Origin: a virus
Taxonomy: Duplodnaviria > Heunggongvirae > Uroviricota > Caudoviricetes
DNA length: 21,109 bases
IMG/VR virus record: IMGVR_UViG_3300035659_001474
Span: 1-21,109 of that record
Strand: one strand, 5' to 3'
Below the pieces are notes generated by a model. The model worked only from the letters and a program-made list of their open reading frames with translations, ran no database searches and was not told where the DNA came from. This document shows, piece by piece, positions 16,787 to 21,109 of the stretch (within the stretch, counting starts at the first letter, position 1; every line of letters starts with the position of its first letter). A program made the translations under genes and the position numbers.

Positions 16787-16871
16787 TGGATCGGGAAGGA
16801 TTTGAACCTTCGTAGTCCGTTAGGACGACAGATTTACAGTCTGTTACGATTGACCACTCTGACACCGATCC
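16787..16871 (-). tRNA. tRNA-Tyr(GUA)
   Basis: ACAGA-CTGTAAA-TCTGT arm, long variable arm. Confidence 0.95.
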
Positions 16872-17133
16872 AAATTTCATTTCTTCTTGCTTTCCATTCA
16901 GGTATGGGTTCATGTACTTCGAGTTCTCCACTCCAACATGATACCCAGGGCCACGGATCCCACCGACTCTTATAGTCGCAAATATTCCAGTTATCAAAGT
17001 ATTTGCGATAGATTTTGCCGTTTGGTACGTCTTTAGCTCTTCTGATCACGCGATTAGCTTCTCTTTTTGCAAACTTTTTGTAGCTAGAGCCATAGCCACA
17101 AACGAAGACTGGTTCGCGATAACTTCGAGACAT
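16834..17133 (-). CDS. Basic 'MSRSYR'-type hypothetical protein, copy 1
   Basis: AAGGAG SD; MSRSYRE..KKFAKREANRVIRR..FDNWNICDY; 3' end overlaps tRNA-Tyr. Confidence 0.8.
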   Translation of the reverse strand: MSRSYREPVFVCGYGSSYKKFAKREANRVIRRAKDVPNGKIYRKYFDNWNICDYKSRWDPWPWVSCWSGELEVHEPIPEWKARRNEIWIGVRVVNRNRL

Positions 17134-17156
17134 GTTGTTCACTCCTTGTTAGTATT

Positions 17157-17165
17157 TTACAACAT
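17157..17165 (-). promoter_or_regulatory. Two-codon minigene ATG-TTG-TAA
   Basis: Preceded by AAAGGAGG at 5-nt spacing; ends 23 nt upstream of the MSRSYR start. Confidence 0.7.
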
Positions 17166-17196
17166 ATTGACCTCCTTTAGTTGAAGTTGAAAAAAG

Positions 17197-17271
17197 TAGC
17201 CCATAGCAGAGTCGAACTGCTGTCAACGCCTTGAAAAGACGTGGTCCTAAAAACCGCTGGACGAATGGGCC
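17197..17271 (-). tRNA. tRNA-Glu(UUC)
   Basis: ACGTC-TTTTCAA-GGCGT arm, TTCGACT T-loop. Confidence 0.93.
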
Positions 17272-17292
17272 GCATTTTGTTTTCAGCACTAA

Positions 17293-17364
17293 AGCGAGCG
17301 ACCGGGATTGAACCGGCGTGAACCTACTTGGAAAGAAGGTGCCTGACCACTAGGCTACACTCGC
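17293..17364 (-). tRNA. tRNA-Gly(UCC)
   Basis: CCTTC-TTTCCAA-GTAGG arm (one U.U mismatch), U73. Confidence 0.9.
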
Positions 17365-17372
17365 AATTATCA

Positions 17373-17438
17373 TGGCAGGCGTGCAAGGACTCGAACCCTG
17401 GTGGGAATCAGCCATTCTAGCCGCTGAATTACACGCCT
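17373..17438 (-). pseudogene. Truncated tRNA (CCC, Gly-like) missing the 3' anticodon strand and variable loop
   Basis: 66 nt; perfect acceptor AGGCGTG/CACGCCT, D-arm, T-arm and CCA, but GCTGA-TTCCCA has no partner strand. Confidence 0.7.
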
Positions 17439-17450
17439 ATAAACTTTATC

Positions 17451-17525
17451 TGGCGGACTCGACGGCTACTGATGCCGTGTTCTCAGCCGTGACAAGGCTG
17501 TATGTTACCATTACACCACGAGTCC
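17451..17525 (-). tRNA. tRNA-Asp(GUC) with non-canonical T-loop
   Basis: CAGCC-TTGTCAC-GGCTG arm, G73, CCA; T-arm ACGGC-ATCAGTA-GCCGT. Confidence 0.88.
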
Positions 17526-17538
17526 ATACTAAAAAATT

Positions 17539-17630
17539 CTGACAGTTGGTCATTCCTACGACCAGTCCTGCCGGCACACTGTCGAGTGCCTTGGGAGCTG
17601 GTACCGTTTCCAGTTCTAAGTTTGACCTTG
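17539..17630 (-). ncRNA. Candidate pseudoknotted small RNA between tRNA-Leu and tRNA-Asp
   Basis: GGCAC/GTGCC and TGGTC/GACCA stems, loop GACAGT complementary to 3' ACTGTC, GAAA-tetraloop hairpin. Confidence 0.45.
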
Positions 17631-17635
17631 TAATA

Positions 17636-17721
17636 TGCGAGAAGCGAGAGTTGAACTCGCAAGGAATATTACTTCCATTGGGGTCTAAGCCCAACGCGTC
17701 TGCCAATTCCGCCATCCTCGC
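17636..17721 (-). tRNA. tRNA-Leu(UAG)
   Basis: TTGGG-CTTAGAC-CCCAA arm, long variable arm. Confidence 0.95.
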
Positions 17722-17794
17722 GCAATTACATTCTCAAATGTGCTTCATCATCAATATGTCAAAGAGCTTTGAATCAGTGTCTCTAGAATGTAAG

Positions 17795-17868
17795 TACCTG
17801 CAGTCGGATTTGAACCGACGACTCCGATATTAAAAGTATCGTACTCTGACCATCTGAGTTATGCAGGC
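17795..17868 (-). tRNA. tRNA-Lys(UUU)
   Basis: CGATA-CTTTTAA-TATCG arm. Confidence 0.95.
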
Positions 17869-17926
17869 ATTTACTTAATCTCAAAGATCGCTAATCGTCG
17901 TCAATTGAATCATACAACTATCTAAG

Positions 17927-18003
17927 GGTGCGTGACGGGACTTGAACCCGCAAAATCTCTGGACTCACAATCCAGCGCTTTAGCCAATTAAGCTACACGC
18001 ACC
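17927..18003 (-). tRNA. tRNA-His(GUG) with genomically encoded G-1
   Basis: CTGGA-TTGTGAG-TCCAG arm; G-GTGCGTG/CACGCAC-C gives G-1:C73. Confidence 0.95.
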
Positions 18004-18013
18004 ATATATTTAG

Positions 18014-18103
18014 TGGCCCCGGCAGGATTTGAACCTGCGATGTGAGCTGTAAGCCCAGACAGATTAAGAATCTGTTACCCTCGATCCGCTAGGTGACGGA
18101 GCC
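18014..18103 (-). tRNA. tRNA-Lys(CUU) with long variable arm
   Basis: ACAGA-TTCTTAA-TCTGT arm plus a 20-nt arm containing TGGGC-TTACA-GCTCA. Confidence 0.85.
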
Positions 18104-18121
18104 AAACGCTTGTCAGATTTG

Positions 18122-18271
18122 TCATTGTCCATTTGGATCCGCTCCTTTTAAGTTGTCAATAGGCCAGACCAATTTTGTGATTGGTTTTGGTTTCCGGCCC
18201 CATTTTTGTTCTTTTGACATTTCGACAACATCTTTTGGAAGCAAGCATTTTGAGACTTCAAATTTTTCCAT
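18122..18271 (-). CDS. Small hypothetical protein (49 aa), first gene after attenuator 2
   Basis: AAGGAGG SD; MEKFEVSKCLLPKDVVEMSKEQKWGRKPKP... Confidence 0.65.
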   Translation of the reverse strand: MEKFEVSKCLLPKDVVEMSKEQKWGRKPKPITKLVWPIDNLKGADPNGQ

Positions 18272-18291
18272 AGCGAGCCTCCTTAAAATAG

Positions 18292-18327
18292 AAAAACCCC
18301 GTCGATCTGTTTGACCGGCGGGGTTTT
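18292..18327 (-). terminator. Intrinsic terminator of putative attenuator 2
   Basis: AAAACCCCGCCGGTC-AAACA-GATCGACGGGGTTTTT. Confidence 0.9.
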
Positions 18328-18356
18328 GTGTTTAGCCTAAGTGTTTTAGGATTAAC

Positions 18357-18491
18357 TCAAACCCCGCCTGTCCATATCTTATCATAGCCTTCGTATCCAA
18401 GCGACAGCCATGATAATTTGGACAACTCCAATACCACGTGTCGTTTGACACGTTCTATTGATAGCGTGGTATGAAGTTGTAGGGTTTGCAT
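18357..18491 (-). CDS. Putative 44-aa attenuator leader peptide
   Basis: GGAG SD; MQTLQLHTTLSIERVKRHVVLELSKLSWLSLGYEGYDKIWTGGV; last codons and TGA overlap the antiterminator strand GGCGGGGTTT (18368-18359). Confidence 0.7.
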   Translation of the reverse strand: MQTLQLHTTLSIERVKRHVVLELSKLSWLSLGYEGYDKIWTGGV

Positions 18492-18577
18492 TATTGACTC
18501 CGGATTAGCTTCTAGTTTTCTTGTTTATTCTTAAATATAAAACAATAATCACTTTAATAAGCGTAGATAAACCATGT

Positions 18578-19378
18578 TTAGTTTGATTGTTCATTTACTA
18601 GTTCTAGTGTGATGTTATTGCCGTCTTTGTTTATGAATTTGAATTTGCTATTTCTTGGTAATATTGCTTCTTTTTCACTTGTGATTCGTGGTTCTTCTTC
18701 ACCTGGATGTTTTGTAGCAAAGTCTGGAATTCGTGGTAATCGATAGGGTGCAAGTTTTCCGTAAACAAAGATGGGTTTTGCACCCTTTGGTACTCGTATT
18801 GAAACATTGTATTCTTTAGAAGACTTCATTGGTAGTTTGAAGCTAGAATCTGGACTAAATGTCGTTGACATATATGCTGGTTCAGTGAACGTTTCATTTT
18901 TCTTTTTTGGGATATATGAGATTGATGTGACTTTTCGAGTTAGTGTGATGTCTTTATTAATTGGATCAACTTTTTCAAATATGTTATCTAGTTCGTTAAT
19001 GTCATTTTGACTTGAGTTCCAGTCAGGAGATGTGTAACTAATATCTTTTTTGATATAGTCAGGATGTGACCTTAAATAACTGTTTATACGTTCATAGCCA
19101 AATTGACAGTATGAATGAATTGCTTTGATTTCTTTTTCAGATAGTTTGTCACTAAGTTTGTTTGCGTGTTGTTTGATTTCATCAGTCGATAGTTGATTTA
19201 GTGTTTGAATTCTTTGTGTAAGATTTTCTTTTGATGTTGAGCTTTCAGGTTTTGCCGTTAGTCTGCGTTTGCTGCCTGGATGTCGCTTTAGATATTCTTG
19301 TTGTTCGTCACGAGATAGTTCATCCCAGTCACGAGCTATTTTTAGAAATTGAGATTGTATTATAGCTAGATGTTTCAT
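18578..19378 (-). CDS. ADP-ribosyltransferase (VIP2/C3-like, R-S-ExE) with shared N-terminal leader
   Basis: IHSY..GYERINSYLR, TLTRKV, EPAYMSTT, SEKEAILPRNSKF. Confidence 0.85.
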   Translation of the reverse strand: MKHLAIIQSQFLKIARDWDELSRDEQQEYLKRHPGSKRRLTAKPESSTSKENLTQRIQTLNQLSTDEIKQHANKLSDKLSEKEIKAIHSYCQFGYERINSYLRSHPDYIKKDISYTSPDWNSSQNDINELDNIFEKVDPINKDITLTRKVTSISYIPKKKNETFTEPAYMSTTFSPDSSFKLPMKSSKEYNVSIRVPKGAKPIFVYGKLAPYRLPRIPDFATKHPGEEEPRITSEKEAILPRNSKFKFINKDGNNITLELVNEQSN

Positions 19379-19689
19379 TTTCGTACTACTTTTATTACAT
19401 CATTTTCAAGATCGTTTGGTTTGACAAAGAATTTAAGACCTTCTTTGTCTCTGACGTATAAATGACCAAAATAGTCATCATTAGTAACAACAAAGATGTC
19501 TTTGTCTTTCAAATAAATTTTGTCGCCTATTTTGTATTTTCTGACTTTTGTATCAGATTTTGATTTAGTTAGTTTTCGTTTGCTTTTTTTATGTCGCTTC
19601 AGATATGCAACTTGTTCTTCATGAGATAAATCGTCCCATTTACGAGCTTCTTTTAGAAATTGAGATTGTATTATTGTTAGGTGTTTCAT
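19375..19689 (-). CDS. Shared-leader protein with a small beta-rich C-terminal domain
   Basis: MKHLTIIQSQFL..WDDLS..EQ..YLKRH..SKRKLT then YKIGDKIYL... Confidence 0.8.
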   Translation of the reverse strand: MKHLTIIQSQFLKEARKWDDLSHEEQVAYLKRHKKSKRKLTKSKSDTKVRKYKIGDKIYLKDKDIFVVTNDDYFGHLYVRDKEGLKFFVKPNDLENDVIKVVRK

Positions 19690-20483
19690 TTAGTTGTGTA
19701 CCTATACATTGCTTGTAAGAACTTTTTGAATATTGGGTGGTTAGTTCCAAAAGTTTCTTGATAGTCCCAGAATGTTGGTGAATGATATGGTGTTTCAAAT
19801 GAAGATGCATGTCTAATAATGTCTAGAATTTGTGCATATGTGTAATCTTCTCTAAATTCATTGACTGCATCATTTGCATGAGTTACGATTTCTTTTGGAT
19901 CAGCTAGATATTGTGCATGTTGTTTTTCTTTATCGTCGCTCCAGTTTCGTCGTCGATCAATTTCAGATAATAGAGTTTTATCATAGTCTTTTGATTTAGT
20001 TTTCATTCTAAGGTATTGTTCTCGATGGATCAGTTCATGCGCTAAACTATGTTCAATCATTCTAAAACGTGCTGCTAAATCTATTTCAGCCTCAATTTTG
20101 TCTTTGGGTAATTCACCCATGTGTATTGTAATATGATCAGAGATTGGATCATATTGACCGCCTGTGCGTGATGCATTCAATCCATCTCTTTGTGCTGGAA
20201 AGAAAGCAAACTGTATTTTTGGTAATGATGGATCATTTTCAGAGACTGAATCTAGTAAATAGATTATGTATTCTAGATCATTTCTGTGTCGTAAGATTTT
20301 TGGTGTAAGAGCTTTGTATCTTTTAGTTATGTCTTTTGCGAGGTAGTTTTGATTTATGATTGTGTTAGTTAATTTTCGTTTTGATTTGGGATGTAGAGCT
20401 AAATATCTATTTTGTTGATTTAATGATAACGAAGCCCACCAGTTACGTAAGAATTCACTTTGTATTTTAGCTAAGTGTTTCAT
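19686..20483 (-). CDS. Shared-leader protein with putative zincin (HExxH) metalloprotease domain
   Basis: LAHELIHREQY plus downstream YLADPKE. Confidence 0.75.
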   Translation of the reverse strand: MKHLAKIQSEFLRNWWASLSLNQQNRYLALHPKSKRKLTNTIINQNYLAKDITKRYKALTPKILRHRNDLEYIIYLLDSVSENDPSLPKIQFAFFPAQRDGLNASRTGGQYDPISDHITIHMGELPKDKIEAEIDLAARFRMIEHSLAHELIHREQYLRMKTKSKDYDKTLLSEIDRRRNWSDDKEKQHAQYLADPKEIVTHANDAVNEFREDYTYAQILDIIRHASSFETPYHSPTFWDYQETFGTNHPIFKKFLQAMYRYTTK

Positions 20484-20493
20484 GCAGTTTTGA

Positions 20494-20522
20494 AAGTAGC
20501 GCCTCTTATTGAGGCGCTACTT
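20494..20522. terminator. Perfect 12-bp hairpin, likely terminator or processing signal
   Basis: AAGTAGCGCCTC-TTATT-GAGGCGCTACTT between the secreted-protein genes and the leader-gene cassette; short U tract. Confidence 0.6.
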
Positions 20523-20528
20523 AATGGT

Positions 20529-20753
20529 TTACTTCTTTTTAGCTACTGTTTTGACCTTAGTAGCTTTTGTAGTATCTTTGGCAACTTTAGCAGTGTCTTT
20601 AGCGACAGTTACTACAGTGTCAACTTTAGTAATAGTTGTCACTGGTTGTTGCTTTACTGCTACTGGTTTCTGATTGATCGCTATTGCCGCTACTACTATA
20701 GCAGCAGCCACGATAGCGATGCTGACAATTTTCGTCTTTTTACCGAACTTCAT
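20529..20753 (-). CDS. Small membrane-anchored Thr/Val/Ala/Lys-rich protein
   Basis: GGGAGG SD; basic N-terminus, hydrophobic IVSIAIVAAAIVVAAIAI, low-complexity tail. Confidence 0.75.
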   Translation of the reverse strand: MKFGKKTKIVSIAIVAAAIVVAAIAINQKPVAVKQQPVTTITKVDTVVTVAKDTAKVAKDTTKATKVKTVAKKK

Positions 20754-20772
20754 AATCCTCCCTTTTGAGTGT

Positions 20773-21000
20773 TTATTTAGTCTTTTTGAGCGTGTCAACT
20801 TTTGTTGCTGTAGTAGTCGTTGTCGTGAGTATCTTGATAATTAGAGTCGTATCGCAAGTTACGACCTTTGTGGTTTCAGCAACAGCTACAACTTTTGCAG
20901 TTTCGACCGGTTTGGACTCTTTTTTTGCAGTGACTGCTTGTTGCGCTGCAACAGTTGCAAAAACAAAACAGACAGTAAACAGAATCAGCTTCTTCATCAA
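20773..21000 (-). CDS. Small signal-peptide-bearing Thr-rich protein
   Basis: GGGGAG SD; MKKLILFTVCFVFATVAA signal peptide-like N-terminus. Confidence 0.75.
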   Translation of the reverse strand: MMKKLILFTVCFVFATVAAQQAVTAKKESKPVETAKVVAVAETTKVVTCDTTLIIKILTTTTTTATKVDTLKKTK

Positions 21001-21008
21001 CTCCCCTT

Positions 21009-21109
21009 TTATTGTATGTAAGTTTTGTGGCCACCAGATTCATAATATTTTCCGCCTCGTGGACCTCTTCTCATATGTTGCTGTTTTTTACTTTTAGATC
21101 CTCGAATTT
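21009..21109 (-). CDS. C-terminus of a gene starting outside the window
   Basis: Frame reads ...RRGPRGGKYYESGGHKTYIQ*. Confidence 0.6.
   Translation of the reverse strand, partial: IRGSKSKKQQHMRRGPRGGKYYESGGHKTYIQ

Noticed and set aside
17446-17715. Minus-strand track ORFs over tRNAs (17446-17715, 16761-16997, 10326-10520, 2331-2516)
   Set aside because: They are read-through of tRNA genes or the intron, not plausible proteins.
154-18103. Theta (HDV-like) ribozymes directly after tRNA 3' ends
   Set aside because: I found no trailer fitting the HDV-like nested double pseudoknot by eye; a covariance search is needed to exclude it fully.
1803-21097. Plus-strand ORFs in the track (e.g. 1803-2222, 5229-5516, 6949-7308, 8288-8638, 20765-21097)
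   Set aside because: They are antisense shadows of minus-strand genes and tRNAs, with no motifs or convincing SD.
1-21109. Genome-wide stop-codon reassignment (TAG to Gln)
   Set aside because: Only one internal TAG was found, Pth2 and other genes end naturally at TAG, and there is no CUA tRNA in the window.

Overview
Segment of a large (jumbo-like) phage genome; essentially every gene is on the minus strand. It holds 21 intact-looking tRNA genes (one split by a group I intron), degenerate tRNA remnants and tRNA-maintenance genes (Thg1-like guanylyltransferase, Pth2 peptidyl-tRNA hydrolase). It also carries an HNH nuclease, three putative free-standing PD-(D/E)XK/DUF559-type homing endonucleases, many small hypothetical genes and three effector-like genes (ADP-ribosyltransferase, unknown, HExxH protease) sharing a ~40-aa N-terminal leader. 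Most striking: both tRNA transcription units begin with the same architecture, a short leader ORF whose stop codon sits on an antiterminator strand that competes with an intrinsic terminator carrying a conserved C.A mismatch. This suggests the phage tRNA/repair operons switch on when translation fails. Two paralogous MSRSYR genes are each preceded by a two-codon minigene. A 262-nt tRNA-like RNA, class-II-like Lys and Ile tRNAs and compensatory elbow changes were also seen. All family calls are from motif recognition by eye, not database searches.
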